DNA of 64,000 bases from Desulfopila sp. (lineage in GTDB: Bacteria; Desulfobacterota; Desulfobulbia; Desulfobulbales; Desulfocapsaceae): NCBI GenBank assembly GCA_041582995.1, contig JBFHGS010000003.1, positions 1,318 through 65,317 on the forward strand, in the 5' to 3' direction. The notes beneath the pieces were generated by a model, which ran no database searches, was not told where the DNA came from, and saw nothing but the letters and a program-made list of their open reading frames with translations. The position numbers and the translations under genes are program-made. This document shows, one piece after another, positions 39,770-50,240 of the stretch (its first letter is position 1; each line of letters begins with the position of its first letter).

Positions 39770-40416
39770 ATAATAATCTGACATCAAATTTTATTACTCG
39801 TCACACACCGATGACAGTCACACAGCCACCTGCCATTGCAATTATACACAGCCCATTGCCGTATTTCCTGTTCATTTTTGTTTTGATTATAAAAACTGTC
39901 GGTCAAGCTAAAGCAGCCTGAGCTGACATACACCATAAAGCAATACAATGAATAGAATTTTTGACATTCACATATCCAATGATATACTTGTGGGATATGT
40001 GAGCTAGCTACTCACCTTCACTTGTAACGATGATTTTCTGTATGCCTGCAGATTTACATAAACCTCATGTACAGCCCAACCCTGTAACGACCTGCGGAAT
40101 GCTCAACCTCATTCTACTGGTTGGCAACACCTGTATTTTTTAGCATCCTCAATGTTGCAAATGGGTACCACGACTTTTGGACAGTACCAGCAGTAGCCAT
40201 AAACCGAATTAACAGCCAGGGTCTATAACACGTGCAGCATCCGACAACTGGCAGCACAGCTTAACTACATGGCCTGTAATCTACAATATAACGCTCCCTA
40301 AAGAAAAATACTGCCAGAGTGAAACGGCATGAACCTGATTCGGAAACCTTCGCTTTTTTATCTATCGCCACATACACGCTTTTGAACACATCAACCTCAC
40401 AGGAGGTAATTCCACC

Positions 40417-41496
40417 ATGTTTCGTCCCGGATGTTTACCTATACTTATTGGAAGTTTGCCTCTAGAGGATCACAGAGAAGCCACAAACCTCATTCTTCAA
40501 TACACACCTGAAATTCCACTTTGGCCGCAACTCCCAAAGAACGATCGGGAAGGCATGGTTCGGCAGTTCCTTTCAGGCTTCCCTGGCATAGTCGATGAAG
40601 GAAAGAAATTTTGGATCAATTCAGGATGCTCCGACTTTGCCGACCAGATGACGTTATTCTACGAGGAGTACATGCTGGCTGAATCTGATCCGGCCATTCT
40701 CAGCTCATCGCGATTTAGGCTAGACAACGATACTGCGAAAGGCTTTGCCTCACTGCTCGACGTTATTACAGAAGTAAAGCATACTTTCCTGACACTTAAA
40801 GGACAGATCACAGGTCCGATAACGACAGGGATTGGAGCTAAGGACCACCTTGGAAATTCCATATTCTATGACGATAATCTTCGAGATATGCTGGTGAAAC
40901 ATCTTACAATGAAAGCCCGGTGGCAGGTCAAAGAATTGCTCAAAACGACAGGCGCCAGTAAACCCATTATATTTATAGATGAACCAGGTCTCGTCAGTTT
41001 TGGCTCCAGTGCTTTTACCGGCATATCAAGAGAAATGGTTAAGGAAGCCGTTGGCGAAGTGATATCAGGGATTCAAAATAGTGGCGGTCTTGCTGGCGTG
41101 CATATCTGCGCAAATGGGGATTGGGGCCCCGCCCTTGACTCTGGTGCAGATATTATAAGCTTTGATGCCTACTCGTACTTTGCTAACTTTACTCTTTTCC
41201 GGAATCAGCTAATCGGATTTCTTAGACGAGGCGGTATTCTTGCCTGGGGAATAGTGCCTACAGGGGACCCCCTCGTTATCGCAAAGGAAACAGCGACAAG
41301 TCTTTTCCAAAAATGGCAGGATCAGTTGCAAACTATCTGCGATTTCGGCTTTACCGAGAAACAATTAGGAGAACAAACGTTGATAGCTCCCGCATGTGGA
41401 ACAGGATCACTTACTCTTGAATTTGCAACAAAAGTATTGTCCATGACCAGGGAAGTTTCTGCAATGAGTCAGGCATATCTGAATCGCCCCTTATAA
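40417..41496 (+). CDS. UROD/MetE-like (cobalamin-independent methionine synthase C-terminal-like) superfamily protein
   Basis: 359 aa. Overall pattern (LPQLP...; IFIDEPGL; GVHICANGDW; ISFDAY; APACGTGS) resembles the URO-D/CIMS TIM-barrel family. AGGAGG RBS. Confidence 0.45.
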   Translation: MFRPGCLPILIGSLPLEDHREATNLILQYTPEIPLWPQLPKNDREGMVRQFLSGFPGIVDEGKKFWINSGCSDFADQMTLFYEEYMLAESDPAILSSSRFRLDNDTAKGFASLLDVITEVKHTFLTLKGQITGPITTGIGAKDHLGNSIFYDDNLRDMLVKHLTMKARWQVKELLKTTGASKPIIFIDEPGLVSFGSSAFTGISREMVKEAVGEVISGIQNSGGLAGVHICANGDWGPALDSGADIISFDAYSYFANFTLFRNQLIGFLRRGGILAWGIVPTGDPLVIAKETATSLFQKWQDQLQTICDFGFTEKQLGEQTLIAPACGTGSLTLEFATKVLSMTREVSAMSQAYLNRPL

Positions 41497-41605
41497 TAAT
41501 CAGATTATGTTTCAAGAAACTTCTCTAACGCTTCATGTCACGCCCGTATTCCTCATCTTGGCAAATCCAGGCAGGGGATAGTGCCACCAAATACAGAAAT
41601 ATGAA

Positions 41606-41745
41606 CACCTCTCTTTTCAGCAAGAATGGTGAGGTGTTAAACGTCGAGGAACCACAATCGTTTTTGGTTCACGATAATTGCTGCCGAGGCTGTTATATAG
41701 GCCCGCCTTCGACGAATGCAGTTCACGCCTCAGCTGATCAATCAG
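41606..41745 (+). repeat. dispersed element family, copy D (short form)
   Basis: CACCTCTCTTTTCAgcaagaaTGGTGAGGTGTTAA-80 nt core-CGACGAATGCAGTTCACGCCTCAGCTGATCAATCAG. Confidence 0.65.
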
Positions 41746-42602
41746 ATACAGAGAATACCTTTACCACCAGTAAAAAGTGTACCATCACAGCAAACGTTCT
41801 GTATTCATTTACCTGAAAGGCATTTCACTTTGCAAGGAATCATATATATACAAACGTTTCCATATACTAAACTACGTCTCTTTTCAACCATACTTGGCAG
41901 TAGATTTTATACATGTAATCGCGACACCTTCACATGATTCACCCTATCCACTCCTGTATTCATTTTAAAGGATACAAACCTTATCGCCGCTATCTCTCAA
42001 CCTCATAAATGCAAAACAACAGTTACTTATTCCTTAGGGCTAAAAATAATTATTTCGATCACACCATGCAAAAATACCAGGCAACCTATCAACTCATTCC
42101 CCCTAAATCTAACACGTTACACGATATTCAATAATTCCTTTTTTATTCCACATTTCATTAACAACTATCGGCTATATTTAATATTCGGCATTATCAGCGA
42201 TCTCAACCCCACTGTGCTTGAACTATGTTTGATCTCGCCAGAAATCCATTGCCTCTTATATTGTTCAAATACCATAAACTTGGCAAGAAGGAGCATCGCA
42301 TGATTGTTTTTTTTCAGACGAACACTATAAGAAAACAGTCCGATATATCAGAATAAATTCTATAACAGCCACTTTACATGTCATGCAACACGTAGAAACA
42401 ATTAAGAATTATGACAGTAGCGGTTAATTCCAAATACTACAGAGTTATTTTTCCTCACATACAAACGTGATACTGTACAAAAACTGATATATATTTTGAC
42501 CAAGTATTAATAATAAAATGGTTGCACACTTTAAAAACTATATTATTATTTCATTAACAACCTCACATGTATTTCTATCTCACTCACTATAAGGATATAT
42601 CA

Positions 42603-42998
42603 ATGAACGAGTTCCTGAAAATTATCACTCATGCGCGGCGCTTCAAAAGTGCAGCTAAAGATTTGAACCTTGAGCAGCTTACTGAAGTCAAAGAGAAGCT
42701 TGAAAAAATTATCGAAGACCGAATTCTCTCCGAAGAAGAATCCAATCGGTTAAATGCGGAAAAAATCGAGAAGATAGAAAAGCTCAAGGAAATCATGGCC
42801 GCCGACGGAATTGAAATCGACGACCTTGTAACTGAAGCACCTGCTAAGAAGAGCAAACGTGCTCCTCGACCACCTAAATATGAGATAAAGAACGAAGCCG
42901 GTGAACGTATCACCTGGACCGGTCAAGGCAGAATGCCTAACATTTTCAAGTTACGTATTGAAGCTGGAGAATCTATCGATAACTATCTCATTAAATAA
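42603..42998 (+). CDS. hns: H-NS family nucleoid-associated DNA-binding protein
   Basis: C-terminal ITWTGQGRMPNIF...IDNYLIK matches the H-NS DNA-binding loop (TWTGQGRTP). Coiled-coil N-terminus. Start set at MNEFLKI (ATG 42603). Confidence 0.85.
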   Translation: MNEFLKIITHARRFKSAAKDLNLEQLTEVKEKLEKIIEDRILSEEESNRLNAEKIEKIEKLKEIMAADGIEIDDLVTEAPAKKSKRAPRPPKYEIKNEAGERITWTGQGRMPNIFKLRIEAGESIDNYLIK

Positions 42999-43790
42999 GT
43001 TCTGGTATAGATATTAACGGTGAGCATTAATGTGTATTTCCTATGCATGCTCACCGTATAAATATTTCAAAATACATCTATCATTTCCGTCACATCTCTA
43101 ACATAGAGTTGAGCTAAACGTGCTCCGTAGAGGTATTTCACATTCTATCTATGCTCTCTGCCAGTACTCAATCAGTTATTCCTGATATTCAAAGAATATG
43201 CGTTTTGCTGATACCGTCACCTTACATCAGCATCTGAATTTTATATTAAAAATTATCCTTTAATTACGTTCACACATACCTTTTCCGCCAGATATACTTC
43301 CTGCTGACTTTCACGCATCCCCTCCCCTGTCTCCTGAATATGTGTTTTTATGCTTTGCAAGACTAACACTTTTCCAATAATATTTTTCTTAGCAATATTG
43401 CATTATGTCATACCAATCCATTTGCGGCCCCATATATTTCATCGTACATCCCCCCCCTTAAACTCCCTTTCCATACTCAAGAAACTAATCCGATCTCAAT
43501 TATCTTATGTTTGACCATAAAAGAGATGTGACACTTCAAACAAGACGATAATCGCTCCACCTTACCATGTGCCTCCAGATCTACATGCGGAATAGCTCTT
43601 AAAAACCTCGTAATAGACAGATACCATCCCTTACATAACCAGCCAGTATTCTACTCAGATTTTATTACCTCAAAATATCCCTGCTAATTTTTGTATCTTT
43701 TGTGCGGTTTTTGCGTTTTCAATAGCAGAGAGAGGCGAATGAGAGAAAATATCATTTTTATACAAAACATAATTTCCTCAGGAGACTATT

Positions 43791-44309
43791 ATGAAAATTG
43801 AAAAATATGTACATCTGGTATCAGTAATCACATTACTGATGTCAAGTGGCGTAGCAGTAGCCGTTGACAAACAACAGGATAGGCTACGCATTCATGTCGA
43901 CGACCCTCTCTATCTCCAGGTCAAAGAACAAAAGCGTTTACAGATTTACGGTTCCGAACTTATGACTCCGCAAGAAAGGGCTGAATATCAGCACCAGTAT
44001 CTTTCATTACAAAGTGAACAGGCACGAAATGAATTCCGACATAGACATGAAATACGTATGAGGCTTCGAGCCGACGCCGAGGGCATTGAACTTGCAGAAC
44101 CTGCACAACTCCAACCTCAGAATCAGGAAGGTCAGTCTGTTGCCGGTAACACTGGCAGTGGTGCAGATACGCGTGGAAACAACAGTGATAACGGCAATAA
44201 CTCCAACGCCAGTTCCGGGAACAGCAATTCTGATAAAGGTGGAAGTAACAATAATGATGGTGGCGGTAAAGGTGGTGGAAACGGTAACCGTGCTGGCGGT
44301 AAAAGGTAG
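43791..44309 (+). CDS. periplasmic protein with LTxxQ-like helices (Spy/CpxP/ZraP-like?) and Gly/Asn/Ser-rich tail
   Basis: Signal peptide. ELMTPQERAEY and SLQSEQARNEF motifs. Tail GNNSDNGNNSNASSGNSNSDKGGSNNNDGGGKGGGNGNRAGGKR. Confidence 0.4.
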   Translation: MKIEKYVHLVSVITLLMSSGVAVAVDKQQDRLRIHVDDPLYLQVKEQKRLQIYGSELMTPQERAEYQHQYLSLQSEQARNEFRHRHEIRMRLRADAEGIELAEPAQLQPQNQEGQSVAGNTGSGADTRGNNSDNGNNSNASSGNSNSDKGGSNNNDGGGKGGGNGNRAGGKR

Positions 44310-44541
44310 TGTGTAAAAACGAGTGACAGTTACGCATATTTTGGCTGCAGACAGGTCAACTCGGAGCTAGATGGTAATTCGTGTAATTAACATAATTCCC
44401 ATGAATAAAATGGTCTCACATGGAATGCCCCTGGGCAAGCATTGCGCACGTTCTAACGCATTAATTTGTTAACATCATACATATCGATTAGTTAAGATGT
44501 TTTGTTTATGGCATGAAGGTACCCTTTACGATAAATATGGA

Positions 44542-45669
44542 CTAGAACCCATCTAGTTTATAGCAGTTTTCACATCCGGCCGGTGGCGGGTGATCAGCGA
44601 AATATGACTCTATGTGTCTAATCGCCCGCTTCAGTTCTTGAGCGCCTGCAATTGAATAGCTCACCTTGGAAAGCAAACTGTCATGGAAATGCAAACGTCT
44701 TCTATAAGCATCTCTAAAAAATACATATGGTGCAGATTTCCAGATTTCTTCGAGACTATTGTCACGAAGGTTGCCGAAGATCAGGTTCTCACTCTTTTTT
44801 ACACAACCTTCATGATGCCAGGTTATCCCTCCCCGCACCGGAGTTGATAAAAACACGCATGGAGAAACCTCTCCCCGCACATTTATGAAAATATTGTGTA
44901 AAGGATTCTTATCACACACCGGGGTTAATTCTGTCGAGAAAGGAGCAAGTTTAAGGCGCATCTTGCCAAACAGTGACCTCAGTCGGCTCTGCAGGCGCAA
45001 CCCTCTATATTTAAACGGCAGAGCCAGTGGAAGATGAAAACGTAAAGCCTGCTGCTCATCATTTGCAACCTGAGTCAGATGAATCGTGGCAAATAAGTCT
45101 ACATCGTTTTTTCGGCACCATGTAATTGCTTCAGGGATTTCCTCTACAGTTTCAGCTGTCACCAGATAGCTTACTCCCAATTCAAGCGTACTATCCCGGC
45201 TTTGCCTTCGAGCTTCTGCTATCATTGCAATAGCCTCATGCACCTTCCCGCTGGTTCCCCGGCCACGCAATACATCCTGGACCCCAACACTGTTACCAGC
45301 CATTGAAAAAGTAATACCATCAAGACCCACCTTGAGGTACTCTTTAGCCGTCGGATAATCAAGCAGTGTACCATTACTGGTAAGACTTACGTGTAGCCCA
45401 CGTTCTTTTATACAAGATATATGTTTCAGGGTATCCGTATGCAACAGCGGCTCACCCCAACCCTGAAGATGGATCAGTGATTCTCCTGGCAACTGGTCAA
45501 TGATTGCTATAAACAGATCAAAATCCATATCCTCTTCCTGCCATTGATCAAGGAAATATGGCTTTAAGCACGTTTTACAGTTGAGATTACAGCGGCTGGT
45601 TGTTTCAAGCTGTATGCAGCTAGGTACATCAAAAGCAGTATCAGTAAATGTGCAGGGTCTCGTAACCAT
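44542..45669 (-). CDS. radical SAM enzyme with C-terminal SPASM/twitch-like Cys cluster
   Basis: CxxxCxxC motif in ETTSRCNLNCKTC. GGEPLL-like GWGEPLL. C-terminal Cys (CDKN...VSPCVF...GCENCYKLDG). Confidence 0.8.
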   Translation of the reverse strand: MVTRPCTFTDTAFDVPSCIQLETTSRCNLNCKTCLKPYFLDQWQEEDMDFDLFIAIIDQLPGESLIHLQGWGEPLLHTDTLKHISCIKERGLHVSLTSNGTLLDYPTAKEYLKVGLDGITFSMAGNSVGVQDVLRGRGTSGKVHEAIAMIAEARRQSRDSTLELGVSYLVTAETVEEIPEAITWCRKNDVDLFATIHLTQVANDEQQALRFHLPLALPFKYRGLRLQSRLRSLFGKMRLKLAPFSTELTPVCDKNPLHNIFINVRGEVSPCVFLSTPVRGGITWHHEGCVKKSENLIFGNLRDNSLEEIWKSAPYVFFRDAYRRRLHFHDSLLSKVSYSIAGAQELKRAIRHIESYFADHPPPAGCENCYKLDGF

Positions 45670-45918
45670 GGCATCAACGTTACGGTTTCAGATCGTTGCC
45701 GACCCAAAACTCTTCAAAGGGTTTCTTTAGTACTCTTCTCTATGAATAATTTTCACCTCATTCCTCTGCAGCATACATCTCCGTTCAAAATTACGACATC
45801 ACGCCATCAAGTCCTAACCACGACCTGGAACTAGACGATTGCCCTATCTCTAATACTTTGGTACATTTTCACAACCGACTGATTAGAATCGTACAGTAAT
45901 GATCCATACGCTCTGCCA

Positions 45919-46389
45919 ATGAAAAAATACTCCATACTGTTCACACTTTTTTGCTGCCTGCTCTGCCAGGCCAAACATGGATATGCAATTACACCATTTA
46001 CCACAGATGGTTGCAGCATGTTTCCTAACGGCACCATCAATCGTAACAGCCTCTGGCTTGACTGCTGTATTTCTCATGACTTCGCCTACTGGCAAGGCGG
46101 AACGTATCAGCAAAGACTCGCGGCAGATCAACAGTTGCGAGATTGTGTTGCTGGAACGGGTGCCTCCTTTACAGCTGAAATTATGATGGAAGGCGTCAGG
46201 TTCGGTGGCTCCCCGTTCTTTCCTACAACTTACAGGTGGGGATACGGCTGGCCATGGCCCCGAGGCTATAAGCAACTCAACTCATCTGAGCGTGAACAGA
46301 TCCAACACGCACTGCGTGATTCAATGAATCACCTTCTTAAAAAAGTTCAGGCTCCATCCAACGCTCTTACAACGCCTGAGCGGGCCTGA
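45919..46389 (+). CDS. secreted protein with phospholipase-A2-like CC.xHD.xY motif (tentative)
   Basis: Signal peptide MKKYSILFTLFCCLLCQA. TDGCSMFPNG and DCCISHDFAYWQGG. Confidence 0.35.
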   Translation: MKKYSILFTLFCCLLCQAKHGYAITPFTTDGCSMFPNGTINRNSLWLDCCISHDFAYWQGGTYQQRLAADQQLRDCVAGTGASFTAEIMMEGVRFGGSPFFPTTYRWGYGWPWPRGYKQLNSSEREQIQHALRDSMNHLLKKVQAPSNALTTPERA

Positions 46390-46398
46390 TATCTGCTT

Positions 46399-47793
46399 TT
46401 ATTTAAGAAGTTTTTTCACATGAGAGGAGAGCGTTATTTCTCCACGTCCCCTGTACATTTCGTGGTTCTTCTCGATCTGCGACAATTTATAGAGATAATT
46501 AACCATAATACCTGCTGACTGTTCCATTCCCGCCTGTGTCTGGTTCGCACCCCAGTTAATTCTCTCTATCTGAGCTCCATTCGAAAGATGAAAATGAGCA
46601 ACCCGGTCATAGGCCTGATCACCTCTCTTAGCCAAAGCAAGATAGCGGGCACACAGTGTTAACAACAAATTCTTCAGGGTCTCTGCATTTGAAGCACCAT
46701 CATCCTCGCCCGAGCTCTCAACCATCCGGCTAAGAACCTCTATCGGGTCATCAGCTGATTGCACAGATTCCCAAAGTTCACGTTCTTTATTACCAAGATC
46801 AAAAGACTCGTCCTGACCTCGCAACCACGTAAGAAACCCTGGAATTGGTGATAAAGTCGAAAAGTTTTTAAGATTGGGAAGCTTTGCAGTCAAATCTGCA
46901 ACGACACGCTTAATGAGGAAATTACCAAAACTTACTCCTGCAAGTCCCTTCTGACAGTTGGAGATAGAGTAGAAAATAGCAGTATCTGATTTCAAAGGGT
47001 CTTCAATCGGTGCGTGCACATCAAGAAGTTCCTGCACATTATCAGAAATACCACTCACAAGAGCAACTTCTACGAAGATAAGCGGCTCATCAGGCATTCG
47101 TGGATGAAAAAACGCATAGCATCGGCGATCTTCACGTAACCTGTTTTTCATATCTGCCCATGATGAAATCTCATGTACAGATTCATATTTAATAAGTTTT
47201 TCAAGAATAGCGGCAGGGGTATCCCAGGTAATACGTCTCAAATCAAGAAAACCTATATCAAACCACGATACCAGCAATCGGTGCACATCCTGATCAAGTG
47301 CCTTCAGTTCATTGTCCTTCCTGGACCAAGGAATAAGTTCTGCCCGCAGATCCACCAGAAACTTCACACCTTCCTTAAGCTCATTAAACTGCTGAAATAA
47401 TCTGGCCCGTGGTGGATCTAGCAGCAGTCTCAGTTTTTGATTGGCAGCCTGAAGTTCGAGTGGAGAAGTGATACTATTTCTGGCTTCGATAGCCTTTTCA
47501 ACAGCTACATTATCAACATCATACTCTCTGGCCAGCAGTTGCAGAAATTTGAATCGTCCATCTGCACCAAGAACAAGGTAGGCGCGCCCAAGTTCAGCTG
47601 CCCTACTACGCGCTGACACCTCACCACCTCTTCCTCCGAGACAGGCACTAATTGCACGTCGCAATACATTCAGATCACTATCAGGAAGATCTACATGTAT
47701 TTTGTCTTTCAGTTCGTTTTGTTCACCAAGTGGCCAGATTTCGCGAATAAGCCGTAGTGTCCTGTCCCAGAAAGGTTCTTCAGCTATATACAT
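46399..47793 (-). CDS. malonyl-CoA decarboxylase
   Basis: FYSISNCQKGLAGVSFGNFLIKRV and HFHLSNGA motifs characteristic of the MCD family. 464 aa. Confidence 0.85.
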   Translation of the reverse strand: MYIAEEPFWDRTLRLIREIWPLGEQNELKDKIHVDLPDSDLNVLRRAISACLGGRGGEVSARSRAAELGRAYLVLGADGRFKFLQLLAREYDVDNVAVEKAIEARNSITSPLELQAANQKLRLLLDPPRARLFQQFNELKEGVKFLVDLRAELIPWSRKDNELKALDQDVHRLLVSWFDIGFLDLRRITWDTPAAILEKLIKYESVHEISSWADMKNRLREDRRCYAFFHPRMPDEPLIFVEVALVSGISDNVQELLDVHAPIEDPLKSDTAIFYSISNCQKGLAGVSFGNFLIKRVVADLTAKLPNLKNFSTLSPIPGFLTWLRGQDESFDLGNKERELWESVQSADDPIEVLSRMVESSGEDDGASNAETLKNLLLTLCARYLALAKRGDQAYDRVAHFHLSNGAQIERINWGANQTQAGMEQSAGIMVNYLYKLSQIEKNHEMYRGRGEITLSSHVKKLLK

Positions 47794-48196
47794 GTAGTTC
47801 CCCCGTACTGTAATGATGACAGGTTATCCAGCATTTCTCTTAAAAGATGACAAGAAATGGCGGGTAGTACACTGATATTCTTAACAGGCTACAGAAAGGA
47901 TATTGTTTTTAAAGAAGCAACTACAGAATATAGTAGATGCAGACATGAGTTCAAGACGTTTTCTTGTACATCTCAAGAAAGACTTCGCAAGCTGAGTTGT
48001 AGTATTTTCTTTTCAACCTTTTTGTAACACGGAATACACCAGTCTCTGCTGTCAGATCTACAGGTTCTGGATTCCGGGGTATACTTCTGATATTTTCGCA
48101 GTACAAGATTTACACACAAGTAGTGCAGCACAAGGTACCAGAGCATCAAGAGGCGGCACACTAATATCGGAATTCACTGGGGGGGATAGAGAAACA

Positions 48197-48247
48197 AACA
48201 CAACGTGGAAAAAAATAAGCAGCCCAATATTGGGACAAAACACCAGA
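48197..48247 (-). terminator. rho-independent terminator after the symporter gene
   Basis: On minus strand GCAGCCCAAT-19 nt-ATTGGGCTGC followed by TTATTTTTTTCC. Confidence 0.8.
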
Positions 48248-48266
48248 ATTGGGCTGCGCGATAATA

Positions 48267-50168
48267 TCAGCTAGCGTGTCCTGAAAAACATGAAATATGG
48301 CTTCGCAGTGTATTTTCAACCTCTGAATATGCCACCACCACTTCACGTTGTAATTCTTTCAGAGTGCAGGTCGTACCTTCAATCTCAATCCACGCATTTG
48401 CAGCAGCTTCGCCGCGAATAAGTGAGGCACAGGAAAGAATATCCGGCCGGGTACATCGTCGAATCGAATCCACTCCTGATAACGAAATCCAGTGCCCGTG
48501 AGTTGCTGACATTAGCCTGATAAAGTCATGCCAGGCCATATTCACCGGCAAATCAACACTTACCTGCAAATAGACCTGATTGCCCTGAATGACCTCAACA
48601 AGATCATGAGTAACTGGAAGTATTGTTTCCGGATCATTCACGGCGCTGACCTCGACAAGCTCTTTTGCCTTATCAGCAAAGAACGGCGCAAGACGATAGA
48701 TCGGAGACGGCGTAGTAACGAGGGAAACACTCACATATACAATTCCGCTCAAAGCCATGGCTACAATTACACCGTGTCCCATCAATAACGGGTTAATTAT
48801 CTCCAGCGCCGGTGGTGCACCGGCAGGTGTATACATGATATCATATACTACCAGACCGCACTGACTGAAAAATCCTGTAAACATTGAGGCTGTAGCCCCT
48901 TCCGCCGTCCCTCTTCTCCAGTACATACCTCCCATAAGCACAAAAAAGTACGAGGCGCTGGCGATGAAGGTTGCAATATGTATAGCATCAATAATTGAAT
49001 TAATAAAAAATGAGCCTACAGTTGCGCTGGCAATAATACATAACACACTCAACCTGTTGACAGTCAACATCTCTTTCATTGACGCTGCGGGGTTAAACTG
49101 ACGCTGGTAGATATCACGTGAAATACATGACGCACCCGAGGCTGCAAAAGTATCCGCGCATGACATAGCTGCAGTAGCCAGAGCTATCGCACAAAGAGCG
49201 ATCATAATGTCTGAATAATCCTGTGACATTATAAAATTGAGCAATGCCGGTTCCGCTTTACCCATCCCCATAGGAAACCCCATACCAGCTATATCCGGGT
49301 AAATCACCCGTAATCCCAGTGCAATAAATGCACAACCTGCAAAAACTACTGCTACGAGAAACGAACCCAGTATCATTCCCGTTCTGGCAGACTTCACATC
49401 CCGCGCTGCCCATATTTTTTGCCAGGGATCCTGTTCTGTAATCCAACCTGGAATAATTGCGATGGAGAATATCAGAACCATCGGTAAGCCGATAGACATA
49501 GGATTCCACCATGATACATCCATTGCGGTCACCATCTGCGTAACACTTTGCCCGGAGACCTCGCCTGCTCCACCAAGTACCAGAAACGACATTAATAGTA
49601 CAAAAAATGACAGGCAGAGAAATTGAATGACATCTGTTGTAATAACTGCAGATAAACCTCCCAGCGTAACATAGACTGCCACAGAAAGGCCGACAATCAA
49701 CGCAGCCTGCAGACTGCTGATTCCATAAAACACCTGCAGTACCATGGCAAAACCTTTAATGTCCGCCACAGCAAAGAGAATCATGACTACGATAATTATG
49801 AGCGCCACAGGTGTTCTCAGAAAAGAACCATACCGGATTTCAAGCAATTCCGGCTGAGTCATCGCAGGGATTGATTTTATCTTTTTGACAAAGATGGCGA
49901 TAATCAACAACGCCAGAATATTTGGTGCCACAAAGCCCCAGATAGATCCCATACCAAGCAGGATAAATAAACCAGTTACTGCAAGCAGGGCACCGGCAGT
50001 TAGCCAGGAGGCCGCAGCTGAGAAACCGATGGATATTGCTCCAGCCCGTTTGCCTGCCAGTAGAAATTCTCTCAGCGATATCTGACGTTTGTTAAAATAA
50101 TAGCCTGTAGCAACCAGAAAAGCGATGTAGCCAGCCAGCAACACCATGAAAATTGGATACCCGTTCAT
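48267..50168 (-). CDS. sodium:solute symporter (SSF) family transporter with roughly 150-aa C-terminal soluble extension
   Basis: Typical SSF N-terminus (YFNKRQISLREFLLAGKRAG...SAAASWLTAG) and 13+ TM segments. Start set at MNGYPIF (ATG 50168, GGGAGGAAG upstream). The hydrophilic tail after about residue 490 has no recognisable motif. Confidence 0.85.
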   Translation of the reverse strand: MNGYPIFMVLLAGYIAFLVATGYYFNKRQISLREFLLAGKRAGAISIGFSAAASWLTAGALLAVTGLFILLGMGSIWGFVAPNILALLIIAIFVKKIKSIPAMTQPELLEIRYGSFLRTPVALIIIVVMILFAVADIKGFAMVLQVFYGISSLQAALIVGLSVAVYVTLGGLSAVITTDVIQFLCLSFFVLLMSFLVLGGAGEVSGQSVTQMVTAMDVSWWNPMSIGLPMVLIFSIAIIPGWITEQDPWQKIWAARDVKSARTGMILGSFLVAVVFAGCAFIALGLRVIYPDIAGMGFPMGMGKAEPALLNFIMSQDYSDIMIALCAIALATAAMSCADTFAASGASCISRDIYQRQFNPAASMKEMLTVNRLSVLCIIASATVGSFFINSIIDAIHIATFIASASYFFVLMGGMYWRRGTAEGATASMFTGFFSQCGLVVYDIMYTPAGAPPALEIINPLLMGHGVIVAMALSGIVYVSVSLVTTPSPIYRLAPFFADKAKELVEVSAVNDPETILPVTHDLVEVIQGNQVYLQVSVDLPVNMAWHDFIRLMSATHGHWISLSGVDSIRRCTRPDILSCASLIRGEAAANAWIEIEGTTCTLKELQREVVVAYSEVENTLRSHISCFSGHAS

Positions 50169-50240
50169 ACTTCCTCCCGGCAATGGTACGGAAACCTTTA
50201 GCAGTACAGTCCGTCGCATTGCGTACGTGTACGTCGGTAG

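Noticed and set aside
41716-41937. 73-aa ORF (MQFTPQLINQ...) in the ORF track.
   Set aside because: It starts inside element copy D at the conserved GAATGCAGTTCACGCCTC arm and runs on into AT-rich non-coding DNA. It has no SD and a low-complexity product, so it is most likely an artefact of the repeat.
45831-46275. Minus-strand ORFs (69 and 130 aa) upstream of the radical SAM gene, considered as possible precursor peptides.
   Set aside because: They overlap the well-supported plus-strand signal-peptide gene 45919..46389 and lack an RBS. No leader/core-like features were seen.
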